From Elsinoe ampelina (Eukaryota), in assembly GCA_010093995.1 (NCBI GenBank), contig ML992509.1, positions 1,077,850 to 1,141,849 on the forward strand: a DNA stretch of 64,000 nucleotides. Direction: 5' to 3'. Numbering within the stretch: position 1 is the stretch's first letter; each line of letters starts with the position of its first letter. The notes under the pieces are model-generated. The model was not told where the DNA came from and did no database searches. It saw only the letters and a list, made by a program, of their open reading frames with translations. The position numbers and the translations under genes were made by a program. This document shows positions 13,448 to 25,300 of this stretch, in pieces.

Positions 13448-14303
13448 ATGATCCAAGGGCATGCGACAGGCATGCTGGGGGAGGGTGAGCGCCGCATCAA
13501 AGACCCATTTCCTCTGCGGCAGACTGATGATTTCAGATGGCATTCACATTGACATGAACCACCTCAAGAGCGGCGAAGTCAAGTAAGCATCTCCTCTCCA
13601 GACCACGATGTCAAATGCTAACACCAGACGCAGCCTAGGCACATCCATGTCAGTACCTTCCCCTTCCTACCACCCAGCACACGCCTAATTCCCCTCCAGC
13701 ATGGCTATCAACTTCAAAGACGGCGTTATTCTCGGCGCCGATAGTCGCACCACAACCGGCGCCTACATCGCCAACCGCGTCACCGACAAACTCACACAAG
13801 TCCACGACACGATCTGGTGTTGCCGATCCGGTTCAGCCGCCGACACCCAAGCTGTAGCCGATATGGTCAAGTACTACCTCGAGCAATACGGCGTGACCGA
13901 AGACGAAGCCCCCACAACACAGACGGCAGCGGCGTTATTCCAGGAGATCTGCTACGGGAACAAAGACATGTTGAGCGCGGGCATCATCATCGCGGGGTGG
14001 GATCACAGGCATGGTGGGCAGGTGTACTCGATACCGCTTGGGGGGTCGTTGCATAAGTCGCCTTACTCGATTGCTGGGTCGGGATCGACGTATATCTATG
14101 GGTACTGTGATGCGAACTGGAGGGAGAATTTCACGGAGCAGGAGGGGATTGATTTTGTAAAAGGGGCGTTGAGGGAGGCGATCAAGTGGGATGGAAGCTC
14201 GGGTGGTGTTATCAGGCTGGTGGTATTGACGGCGAGAGGAGCGCAGAGGCATTTGTACCTGCCTGACAATGGTTACACTGGGCCGGGACCAAAGGATCCA
14301 TGA
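13448..14303 (+). CDS. PRE3: 20S proteasome subunit beta-1
   Basis: Spliced 5' exons rebuild the propeptide ..[69 protein letters not shown]. Confidence 0.95.
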
Positions 14304-14500
14304 GCAGGAACGGAGGTCGAGGTGGCATAACGGATCCAAAAGAGTGCTCAATTAAGGCATGGCATTCACTGGAGACAATTGCGGACATTCTCCACAACCC
14401 ACTAGACGAATGCATTGAACATGAAGCACGGAAGAATTGTTCTATACCAAATTTTGTACCCCGAAAGCTATGCACAGTATTGTCACGGTCGATTGACACC

Positions 14501-15747
14501 CTACTTCCGCCCGGCCTTTGCTCTGCGCTTGCGAGCTTCCCCATTCGCGTTGACACTCGTGGCTGCTTCGACAGCATTCTCTTCTGAGGGCGTATCCACC
14601 ACATCAAACAGATCATCGCCCTCACCATCAACCGCGTCCTTGTTGAGGTACTTGCCCACCGACTTGTTGTACGCCCATCTGGGCAGCTTGAACAGGACCG
14701 TGTCGTAGATTGTCGGCTGAGCAATCTCATTGGGCTATACAGGTCAGCACAACATCCCTCATACATGAATGCACCACTCACATCAAGCAAAAACTCCTGC
14801 ACATCACCCTCCTCCGTCTCCTCCTCCAACCACACATTCCCCACACTGTCCACAATCAACACCTTCCCGTTCTCCGCCACCGTCCTCTTCTTCGCCCCCA
14901 CCGGCCCATCCATCCTCACATCCAGGGGCTCGCTAACACCCACCTCCTTCGCCTTCTGCGCCGCCTCCTTGCTCTTCTTCGGCCTCCTATCCTCCCTCTT
15001 CTTCTCCTTCATCGCCGCCCTCTTCTCCCTCCTGTTCCAATTCATCGCCTGCGCAGGCTCGTCCTCACTATCCTGCGGCGTAGGCAGGCCGGCAGACCCA
15101 CTCCCTCCCAACCCAGGGATGCCGGCAACCGCACTCTCATTTCCCCACGCCATGCGACGGGCGTGCTTGACGTAGCGCTCCACGAACTCGCGCTGTTTCT
15201 TCCACCCGATGTACAAGGCCAGGTAGTGGAAGCCGCCTCCCACGCACACGAAGAGACCGAAGAGCACGGAGCCGAGACCCGGGCGGAAGCGCGCGTAGTA
15301 ATACCCCGTGCCCCGCCATTTGGGGAAGCCGTTGCTGAGGAAGTGGTCGTAGCGAGAGCGTTCGGGCCCGCGGAGGATGTTGGTGATGACGCCGAGGCGG
15401 GCGAAGCGGGCGGAGGCTTCTTTGTTGAAGGCCTTGACTTCGCGCTGGGAGGGTTTCTTGGTGGGGGGCTTTTTCTTGGTCTTGTCGGTGGGCTTTGCGG
15501 CCTTGTCGTAGTTGGAGAGCCAGTTGGCGCGGGCTTTGTCGGGGTGCAGTTGGCGGGATTGCTTGCGGTAGGCGCGGTTGATGTCGTCTTGGGTCGCGGA
15601 GGGTTTGACGCCGAGGAAGGTGTAGAAGGTGGCGTTGGCTCCCTCGTGCTGGATGAGCTCGTCGCGGAGACGGAAGATCTCGTGGTCTTCGGCGGACCAG
15701 GCTGCGGCGAGGAGGAAGAGGGAGAGGAAGGGGAGGAGGAGCTTCAT
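14501..15747 (-). CDS. ER membrane DnaJ co-chaperone (Erj5-like)
   Basis: Signal peptide MKLLLPFLSLFLLAAAWSAEDHEIF; J-domain with HPDK; RYDHFLSNGFPKWRGTGYYYARFRPG followed by a TM helix; intron ~14735-14779; basic C-terminus RKRRAKAGRK*. Confidence 0.9.
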
Positions 15748-16777
15748 GGTGGTGGGTGAGCTTTTGGCTCGGGAATGGTTAGGTGGGGTATCGAGGATGG
15801 AGGTCAATGAAATGGACTAGCAGACTGTTCTGCGTGCCATTCGTGATGCTCAAGGAGAAACTTTTGATCGAGGTTGTGAAAATAATTGTGGTGTTGACAA
15901 CTGGCAGCCTCTCCTGCTCCCTTTTCGTGCGTTCGTCTCGGCTCTGGACCTGGAAATTTTAGGGTTGAGGCTAGCGGGGAGATCTCATGCAGGGCTGCAG
16001 AATGGTCGAGATGGGATGAACAAGAAGCAGGCAAAATACAACCCAGCCCCAAGGAGAAGTTGGGGTCACATTGGTTCAAGCCCTTGATCACCTCTGTGTC
16101 GAAGGGAAAGTCTGCCATTTCATTTGCGGTGCATTGATGTCTGGAAAGGAAAGATTGCTCTGATGGGCATCATGTCTCCTAGCCCATGCTACCAGGATGT
16201 AAGGGTGTAGTAGAATAAGACATCGTACAAGGAGACTTGAGCCAGCCTCCTTGTCCTATTTAGCATACATGATACAGGAAGTAGTACATGTTGTCCATTC
16301 CTCGGTTGTTTCTGCATGAACTGAACTATCGTGCATGAGCTTAATTTTAGGCACATTCGACTAGTCCCATTTTAGCTCGATTGGGTCTTTTGGCTTCAAA
16401 CACGCGGCAGCCCAGAGAAATGTTGACCTGACCGACTCGACCGCAAGGGCACGGCTGCTTTATCACAACCTTTTCTTTCGTTCCTTCACTTTGCTCTACT
16501 TATCTGCCACCTCAACGCCATCGCTCTTTTGTACGACGTAACCTTCACCCGTCGAGACGCTCCCTTCCACCTCACGTTACACCGTTCAGCCGTCGCTGCA
16601 GCCACCAGATAACTGTAAGATCCCCTTAATTTATTCCACCACACATGCCGCATCGCATTTCAAGAAGGCCTTTTCCAGCGCAAAGATGGACTTTATCAGA
16701 CACTGACACAACAGATCAGAATATATTCCATCACAGGACCGCCACCCCAGCATAATTCCATCCATCCCACAACCAGA

Positions 16778-17308
16778 ATGGCAGCAAGACTACAATTCCC
16801 CATCGAGGCGCTGACCTCACGCATCAACTTCTCGCGGTTCGAGGGCATGCGCAATCAAAGCATCTCGAATCGCTTCTCCAACCTCAAGCCTGTATCCGAG
16901 TTCCTCGACTTCAAGCGCTTGTCCAAGCCTGCCAACTTTTCCGAAGCTCAAGCCCGAGTCAACTACAACCTGAGCTATTTCTCCAGTAACTACATGGTCG
17001 TCTTTGCCATGCTTACGATCTACACGCTCTTCACCAACTGGCTGCTCTTCTTTGTCATTCTTCTCGTCACCGGAGGCATGTGGGGAATCGGCAAGCTCGA
17101 GGGCCGTGACCTGGACGTGGGCTTCTTCCGCGCTTCTACCTCTCAGCTTTACACCGCACTCATTTGCATTGCTGTCCCTCTCGGCTTCATCGCAAACCCT
17201 CTTGGCGCTGCTCTGTGGCTCATCGGAGCTTCTGGCGTCTCAATCCTCGGCCACGCAGCCTTCATGGACAAGCCTATCGAGTCGGCTTTTTCCGAGGAGG
17301 CGGTCTAA
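16778..17308 (+). CDS. YIP3: PRA1 family prenylated Rab acceptor
   Basis: 176 aa; EFLDFKRLSKP, RVNYNLSYFSSNY, hydrophobic hairpins, C-terminal HAAFMDKPIESAFSEEAV; probable 5'UTR intron ~16615-16714. Confidence 0.93.
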   Translation: MAARLQFPIEALTSRINFSRFEGMRNQSISNRFSNLKPVSEFLDFKRLSKPANFSEAQARVNYNLSYFSSNYMVVFAMLTIYTLFTNWLLFFVILLVTGGMWGIGKLEGRDLDVGFFRASTSQLYTALICIAVPLGFIANPLGAALWLIGASGVSILGHAAFMDKPIESAFSEEAV

Positions 17309-18693
17309 GTGGTCGTCCGCGAGCTCCACAACCTTTGCCCTATGGGGGAAGACCACATGAGAGACTATCCGATTATGACGGTCCTCAGCTTCGGCGGCGG
17401 CGCAAGTTTTGGGATAATGGAAAAGGTGGGCTACAAATGGTTGACGACGATGATGATTCTGTTCGGCTGGATCCGGCGTATCTTCTGCAGTCTGCAGGGG
17501 AGTATGCTGAATTCGTTGGTGATCAATTACAATTTACTGGATTTGATTTGGGAGGCGCAAGGCGTTCAGGAGGACAGGATATACTAGACGACGGTGCATC
17601 TGTGGCGGACTATGAAGATCAGTGGGAGATTGAGCGTCAGCGGTACGCTTCGCATCTTCGGGCTATGAAGGAGCGAGACAAGGCGCTGGTCAAATCAGCC
17701 AACGACAAGATGAGACGTGCTCGGGAGAAGGGCAAGTCACGGGCTTCACTTAGTCCGGACGAAATTGAAGCTTTGGAGCGACGACGACTTCTGGAGAAGC
17801 AGGAATCGCCACGTTCTTTGGCGACCAAGGATCGGCGCAGCTCATCTGGCAAGAACTCACGATCTACATCTGCAAGCAACCTGGCAGTGGACAAGACACG
17901 ACGCAAGTCTGGGTCGAGATTCTTCTCATCACCTGCGGCCAACTCTTCACGAACTCGGATACCAAAGACCTCGCCCAAGCAGTCTCGTCATGCTTCTCTC
18001 GACAATACTCATGGCCCTCGCGGCGCTCCAGGTTTTGTGGTTCCCGGTCCCGATGGTCAGCCCATGTACTCTCCCTTGCCCTACTACCCACCTTCCTCTT
18101 ATTCTCGGTCCGATGCCCGGTCCACCTCCACCAGCTCGGTGCGCCATATCCCTCAAGACTACCAAGGCGGCTATGTCCCTTACTCACCACGCTATTTCAC
18201 TCCTCAAGACTACAAACCTACTTCAACCACTACCTCTCGCCGAAGTCCGCCTGACGAGCTCCACCTCCCGCGCACTCGGGAGCGTGCGAGCAGCTCCGTC
18301 CCCTACCCTTCTGACCCTCATCTAAGAGCGGGCTCCAGTAGTCATGCGCGACGCAACGTCAGCGGTCCCGCTGGTACAAGCTACGACCGTCATCGGCGTA
18401 CGCCGACTAGCCCGCTGGCCGAGTACCCCGCTCGCGGAGACAGTCTGGGCAAGAGGGCGGAGGACTTCGAAGTGCATGACGAGGACGAAGGGAGTAGCGA
18501 GGGCGTCCTGGTGATCAACGATGAAGGGGAGAGCGAGGGAAGTGATAGTGACGAGGAAGGTGTCAAAGTAGAGGTAAGTCTGGATGGTAGGGATGGGTAC
18601 AAGATCGAGCGTGTGCCGGTGGGTGGGAGAAGGGAGAAAGACCGCGAGCGAGACAGGGACAGGGAGAAGGACAGGAGGAGGAAGCGAAGATAG
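17290..18693 (+). CDS. Low-complexity (Ser/Pro/Arg-rich) ORF overlapping the YIP3 3' end in the -1 frame; possible frameshift extension of Yip3
   Basis: Stop-free frame 17164-18693; first in-frame ATG at 17437; coiled-coil-like ERDKALVKSANDKMRRAREKGK..EIEALERRR; acidic block and RD/RE-rich basic tail. Confidence 0.75.
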   Translation, partial: FRGGGLSGRPRAPQPLPYGGRPHERLSDYDGPQLRRRRKFWDNGKGGLQMVDDDDDSVRLDPAYLLQSAGEYAEFVGDQLQFTGFDLGGARRSGGQDILDDGASVADYEDQWEIERQRYASHLRAMKERDKALVKSANDKMRRAREKGKSRASLSPDEIEALERRRLLEKQESPRSLATKDRRSSSGKNSRSTSASNLAVDKTRRKSGSRFFSSPAANSSRTRIPKTSPKQSRHASLDNTHGPRGAPGFVVPGPDGQPMYSPLPYYPPSSYSRSDARSTSTSSVRHIPQDYQGGYVPYSPRYFTPQDYKPTSTTTSRRSPPDELHLPRTRERASSSVPYPSDPHLRAGSSSHARRNVSGPAGTSYDRHRRTPTSPLAEYPARGDSLGKRAEDFEVHDEDEGSSEGVLVINDEGESEGSDSDEEGVKVEVSLDGRDGYKIERVPVGGRREKDRERDRDREKDRRRKRR

Positions 18694-19041
18694 TGGCTTT
18701 CGTTGTATCGGTAGAGGATGGATTGCATGCCTGGCGTTCATATAGAGTTGCGACAAGAAATGGTGCTTTTGTATTCATACATTGCCTACTCCTGAAATGC
18801 TTCGGTGGCTCCATCATGCTTTTGCCTCTGTCCCTTTGCAATCATCCTCATTCGCGCTTGATATCCTGTCGTGCACGCATCTACTGTCTTGCTTGCCAGA
18901 CGCTCTCATTCCTCCCACTCTTCCCCCTCTATGCCCTCCCCTCGCGCGCATGATCCTCATACTCTTCCTCCCCTCCTCTTCCTCCCAATCACGTCTCCCC
19001 TACCCGCCCCCCCTCACCCCTCCCTTCCTTTCCGTCTGAAC

Positions 19042-19318
19042 TCAAGAAGAAAACCGATCAAAAACCACCCTCACCAACTCAAACACCAATCCCCCGCACA
19101 CGACGAATATGAGCGCGTACACCCACCCCTGACTGATCGGGCTCTTCTGCGGTGCTCGTTTCTGCTTGATCGCGCCTTCAGGCTTGCCACGCTTGCTTGC
19201 TTCGGCTTTGGCGAAGGCTTCGTTTGCGCGGCGTTGTTGGGGGGTTTGGGCCTGGGGGAGGGGGGGTTTAGCAAGTGGCCAAGAGGGAGGGTAGAAAGAC
19301 GGGGGATAGGCGTACCAT
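19042..19318 (-). CDS. RAMP4/SERP1/Ysy6-like tail-anchored ER protein (not in the ORF track)
   Basis: ATG|GTACGC intron ..GCTAAA..CAG|, then AQTPQQRRANEAFAKAEASKRGKP..KSPISQGWVYALIFVVCGGLVFELVRVVF..*. Confidence 0.85.
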
Positions 19319-19805
19319 TGTTGTATGTAGTTGTGGTCGCTAAGGGGGGAGCGAGAGTTGTTGTTGGAGAGCTTGTATTGCGTGGATGTTTGGTTGGGTC
19401 TTTATGGTTTGTTGTATTGATTTAATGACTCGAAGTGAAGGGATGGTGACTGTCCAGGCAGAAGCAATTGGGTCGATTGGGCTGGTATAGAATGCGATGG
19501 TACAGTTAGTCGACCATTTACATGTGGCCCTAGCGTTGTGAACTCAGAGGACAGCTGGACCTCCGGAGCTGTGGGAGAGTTCAGGGTCCGAGGAAATTAA
19601 TTGCGGCTCTGGTTTTACGGTTGGCGATAAGAGGGACGGCGCGGGAACACGGTACGCATGATAGTCAGGTGTGCAGGCATGTGAATTCTTGGTGGTCATG
19701 CGCTATCTGATTAATATCGTGACCACATAGCTTTGCTCACGACGCGAGGGAGCACTACACCATTGCAGCGGGTCCATCTTCAGAGAGTTACCACGGATAT
19801 ATACC

Positions 19806-20658
19806 ATGGCCGCCATCAAAGCAACAGAGACCGTACCGCGATTTTTACTGCCCCGCCTGTCCTGGACCCCTCTCAAGAAACCTTCTGTATGGTCTGGCAA
19901 AGAGCTTCGACGCTCAGCAGCACAGCGCGTGCAAGCAAGAGCTTTGTCAGCCGCGGTGTACCACAATGCTAGGCAGGACAGGCGTTCAAGCAGACCTACG
20001 CCGAACAGCACTCCAGATCGCAGGGCAGCATGGCAGCAACGCTGGTTCTCAGCCTCTGCGCGAAGAGCAAGGGACCACCACTTCGATACGCTCAAGTTTG
20101 TTGAGAGACTACAAGAAGAAGGCTTCAGCGAGGAGCAATCCGTCGCGCTCATGAAGATTCTCGGCGACGTGGTGGAAGAATCGATCTCCAACCTGACACG
20201 AACCATGGTGCCACGGGAAGAGCAGGAGAAAGCAACGTACACACAAAAGGTGGACTTTGCAAAGCTTCGGTCTGAGCTGTTGTCTGCAGATAGCACAGAG
20301 TCGGGTCTGACACGGTCGAGTCACGAGAGGCTGACCAATGATCTGGCAAAGCTGAACAGCAGGTTGAGGGATGAGATTCAGCGGACGCAAGCTAGTGTCA
20401 GGCTGGATCTGAGCTTGGAGAAGGGGAGGATTAGGGAGGAGGCGAATAGTCAAGACTTGAAGATCAAAGAGGTGGAGACTAGGATCGAGCAGGAGACGGC
20501 TGCGTTGAGGGAGAGGTTGGAGCAGGTCAAGTTCTCGACGCTGCAATGGTTGATGTGAGTATCTTGAGGTTTATGGCCGAGGAGAGCTAATGATGTTTAG
20601 GGGCGTTTGTACAGGTACAGCGGCCATCATTCTTGGTGTGTGGAGGCTGTTGATGTGA
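19806..20658 (+). CDS. Mitochondrial CCDC90/Fmp32-like (DUF1640) coiled-coil protein
   Basis: Arg/Ser-rich presequence; HHFDTLKFVERLQEEGF, YTQKVDFAKLRSE, VRLDLSLEKGRIRE; intron 20555-20600; terminal TM GVCTGTAAIILGVWRLLM*. Confidence 0.88.
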
Positions 20659-21317
20659 AGGATACTCGCATGGCATCTATAACATGTCGCAAAGGACGGC
20701 CTTGATGGACTCGGTACTAGAGTGGCATGCAGCTTGTTTCGAGTGCAGCGCTGTGGTGTTGTTGCACTGAGCAGAAAACCCGTGCATTAAGGTTGTAAGC
20801 GCGTAGATAGTGGTCAATGGAACCTAGAAAGGACCGACCCACGAACACAGTTCCTGATAGGTACTGTATCACGAGCGCAAGCACTCACAGTGTCGAGGAG
20901 CGAAGAGAAAGAACAGTGGTGGCGCAGGTCTAACGAATACTTGCATACTGTCGTGTAACAATAGCAATGGAAGCACGCGGTTGCCATCATACAACGTGTG
21001 GCCATGTTATCAAAAAATCAATAAACAGAAGGGTGGAGTGTTCCCAGTTTCTGGACCATCCAATGAGGCGGAGCACAAGCAGGCTCCGACAGGTTCTCTT
21101 CCTTCTTTCGTAAGGTTCGTTCGCGGGGGAAAGACGTGGACGTGATTTCCTTGGCGCTTTGCTTGTGGGAGCCCGCGACCCGTTGTCACTGCAATCTCCC
21201 AAAACGAACATCACCTCTTTCAAAGCTCCCACTCACCTTACGACACATCACACGATCTCCCAATTCAACCTCACTTCTCCTCATCTACAATCCCCTTGAT
21301 TCACAGCGTCAAACACG

Positions 21318-22592
21318 ATGGCTTCCAACGACGTAAGTAGCTCCAGGCCCCTTTGTTCGGTTCAGCTGGCTTCACCCACGTCAATCCTCAACAAAATCAC
21401 GCATATCGCAGTGCTATCCCAATCGCAGAGGCTAACATGATTCGCGCAGAGAGAAAGGTATCACAACCATCAGCGACAAGTCACAAGTCATCCAGAATAT
21501 CTAACACCACTCCAGCAAGACTTTTCTCGCTCGCCTTTGCGAGCAGGCTGAGCGCTACGATGGTACGTCGATTGGTACCCAATCCTCAGGCAAAGTCATG
21601 CTAACGATCCCATAGAGATGGTCACTTTTATGAAGGTCAGTCAACATCAACTCGTCCAGCCTTGAACATAACCACTAACACATTCCCAGGAAGTCGCAAA
21701 GGTATCGCACACCGCAATCCGCGCCCCGCAGTCGTCATGACCCGCCCGCAATAAACTAACATCCCGACTCAGATCGCCGGCGAATTGACCGTCGATGAGC
21801 GCAACCTCCTTTCCGTCGCCTACAAGAACGTGGTCGGGACCCGCCGTGCCTCCTGGCGCATCATCTCCTCCATCGAGCAGAAGGAGGAGCAGAAGGGCAC
21901 AGACAAGCACGTCGGCATCATCCGCGAGTACCGCCAGAAGATAGAACTCGAGCTGGAGAAGGTCTGCCAGGATGTTCTCGATGTTCTTGATGAGAGCCTC
22001 ATCCCTAAGGCCGAGTCTGGCGAGTCCAAGGTCTTCTACCACAAGATGTACGAAATTCGGGATACCAAATAAGAGGAAGCTTCTGACAAGCTTTACAGGA
22101 AGGGTGACTACCACCGTTACCTCGCCGAATTTGCCAGCGGTGACAAGCGCAAGAACGCCGCTACCGCCGCTCATGATGCGTACAAGGTGTGTCAATGCGG
22201 CTCACTTTTCCGCGATAAGACTGACACTCCACCAGAACGCTACCGACGTCGCCCAGACTGACCTGACCCCAACACACCCCATCCGTCTCGGTCTCGCCCT
22301 CAACTTCTCCGTCTTCTACTACGAGATCCTCAACTCGCCCGACCGTGCCTGCCATCTCGCCAAGCAGGCTTTCGACGATGCGATCGCCGAGCTCGACTCG
22401 TTGTCCGAGGAGAGCTACAGGGACAGCACCCTCATCATGCAGCTGCTGCGTGACAACCTCACCCTCTGGACCTCTTCGGACGGTGCCGAGCCCGAGCCTT
22501 CCGGTGATGCTTCCGCCCCCAAGGAGGAAAAGACCGCCGAGGCGCCGGCCGCAGCGGAGACGGAGACCAAGGAGGCTGCCCCGGCTTCCTAG
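21318..22592 (+). CDS. 14-3-3 protein
   Basis: Eight exons rebuild [97 protein letters not shown]. Confidence 0.97.
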
Positions 22593-23775
22593 ATACGACA
22601 ACGACGATTTCTGTCCTAGACATCCGCAGACTGGCTGGGGAGGAGGCAACGGTCCGATTTCTCATCGTCATGGATAATTCGACAGGAGTGCATGATGCAG
22701 TAAAGTAGTCTGGGTGGGACACTAGCAAGATGGATTGCTGCGGAGCGTTTCGGCGTGGAATATCAAGTCTTGATTCCCCAAATTCCTTTCCGATCATACA
22801 CGAACAACCCCCTGCGAGATACTGGCCTGTGCGAACCTTCTTATCACAACCAATACCCTCCTCGACAGCCTTGATGATGATTTCTGATTCTGGTCTTGGT
22901 CAATCGCCAGATCTGGAATCAGGACATTTTGCGCTCGAATCATCCACTCGCCGGATCTTGTCTCCTTTCTGCTCTTTTGTTTTCCGTGCGATTACAGATA
23001 TCACCCAAGTCACTCTCTAAACAACAACAAAACGTCACCGCTTTCGAGTGTGGGCATGAAATTGAAGAAATCACAATTTACTTTTGTTCCAGTGTCCTTT
23101 GGTGATATGGAGGGCTTGTCAAGCATGCTCGCTGATTGTGTTGCCGTCCATCGTGACTGTCTCTGGTTTTGTCCTTGCAAATGCACATCTACTTAGTCAA
23201 TCCGTGAAATTCGCAGTATCGTGGCAAGTCGTGAACAAGGACCATGCACACGTGATCGCCTACTGGTATGATAGTCGCACTGCAGCCTGGGAGAGTATAA
23301 GTTAAGCACTCTGGGGTGATGCTGCAGCGACACCTTGTATTCCTAGAGTGGCACCGCATCACAGGGCACGCACAACGACACCACATTCGGCATGAAAAGT
23401 CAAGCAAACTGCTGTTTCTTCACAGGAATCCCATCATCTGTGACGAACGTGCATATCACTTGTTATTTTTCGCACGAGGTCAGGCACGTTGGTAAGTGTA
23501 ACAACATTATGCTCAGGTCTGCTAATTGCTGCGAAAAAGTGGCACCATCTCTTTTGTTTCTCAGACCAATCAACATCGAAGCATTTCACCAACCAGCGAT
23601 CTGCACCCAACTATATACACTCATTGGCTCATTTGAATATCGATTCACATAGTTTCCAAGCTATACATCTCGTTGGAGCTTGTCGAAGAGACCGGGCAGC
23701 CACTGTGTATTCACGAACGAGGACTGCAATCGCCAGCCAGAGCCCGAACCACAAACACCACTAGCACTGGCCACA

Positions 23776-25300
23776 ATGGCACAGCCAGATGACAATGCTG
23801 CTATACAAGACCAGCTGAATGGATTCAAACCATTCATGGTCTCCGCTCCCGGCAAGGTCATTGTCTTTGGCGAACATGCAGTTGTTCACGGTAAAGTAAT
23901 CATCCCCTGACCTGCATCCATGGTATACAACTGACATCTCGTGAAGGCAGCAATGGCCGCCTCAATATCCCTCCGCTCATATCTCCACGTCTCACCAGGA
24001 CCACGATCGCCAGATCCAACCGTGACGCTCAACTTCCCTGACGTCGCCCTCTCCCACACCTGGACCATCTCCTCCCTCCCATGGCAAGCCTTCGCCCCAA
24101 CCTCCAAGACTCTCCACACCTCCACCCTCCCACGCAACCTCGACTCCTCCCTCGTCGACTCCCTCCAATCAATCCTAGACCCCATCTCCCCGACCGCCTC
24201 CGCCTCGACGCGAAAAATCCACCACTCGGCCGCCTCGACCTTCCTCTACCTCTTCATCCTCCTCCTTCCCTCGCCACCCACCTCCTCCCTCACCTTCACC
24301 CTCCGCTCCACCATCCCCATCGGCGCCGGCCTCGGCTCCTCAGCCAGCATCAGCGTCTGCCTCTCCACGGCTCTACTCCACCTCTCCTCCTCCCTCCCCC
24401 TTCCTTCTCCCTTCTCCCCTTCCCCCTCCCCATCCGCGTCCTCCGAAGCACCCCAAACCCTCGACCGCATCAACGCCCTCGCCTTCCTCGGCGAGAGTCT
24501 CATCCACGGCACCCCTTCAGGCGTAGACAACACCGTCTCCACCCTCGGCAAGGCGGTGATTTTCCGCCGTCCAGCGCCCGGCGCCGCGCCGGTGATAACC
24601 TCCTTGCGCAAGTTCCCGGAGCTGCCTTTGCTGGTTGTGGACACGAAGCAGGCGAAATCGACGGCCGTGGAGGTCGGGAAGGTGAGGGTTTTGCGGGAGC
24701 GGCATCCTGAGGTCGTGGGGAGGGTGTTGGAGGGGATCGATGCTGTTACGGGGAGTGCGGCGGAGCTCATCGCGGGTGCGGCTGAGGATGGGGACGGTGA
24801 GGGAGGAGGGATGGGTGTGGGGAGGGAGACGGTGGAGATGTTGGGGGAGTTGGTGAGGTTGAATCATGGCTTGTTGGTAGCGTTGGGAGTGAGTCATCCG
24901 AGGCTGGAGGAGTTGAGGGAGGTGGTGGATGCGAGTGGGGCGGGGTGGTTCAAGTTGACGGGGGCCGGGGGTGGGGGGTGTGGGTTTGTGTTGTTGAAAG
25001 GGGAGGGGGGGGGGGGGGGGGTGTGGGTTTGTGTTGTTGAAAGGGGATGTGGATGAGGTGAAGCATAAGGGGAGGGGAGGGGAGGATGTGGAGAGGTTGA
25101 GGAGGTTGGAGGGGGTGTTGGATGCGAGGGGGTTTGAGAGGTATGAGACGATTCTTGGAGGGGATGGGGTGGGGATTAGGTTGTTTGAAGAGGGGCAAGC
25201 GGTGGAGCTGGATACGTTTCTGGCGGCAAAAGGGACGGAAGGAGTCGAAGCGCTTTGCGGAGGGGATACAGCGGGCTGGCGGTATTGGAGATTCACGTAA
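23776..25300 (+). CDS. ERG12: Mevalonate kinase (frame broken at ~24973-25047 in this assembly)
   Basis: GHMP motifs SAPGKVIVFGEHAVVHG, IPIGAGLGSSAS, IHGTPSGVDN, KLTGAGGGGC; intron 23898-23946; C-terminus (GFERYETILGGDGVG..GWRYWRFT*) lies in a shifted frame. Confidence 0.92.

Noticed and set aside
14212..14500. Apparent overlap of the DnaJ ORF with PRE3
   Set aside because: Caused by reading through the DnaJ intron; the spliced gene stops at 14501.
14710..15759. Long antisense ORFs (also 46809-47624 and 56230-57765)
   Set aside because: Mirror frames of GC-rich, skewed coding sequence with no recognisable domains.
24973..25047. ERG12 as a programmed frameshift or true pseudogene
   Set aside because: An exact duplicated block around a homopolymer fits an assembly error better, and the rest of the gene is intact.
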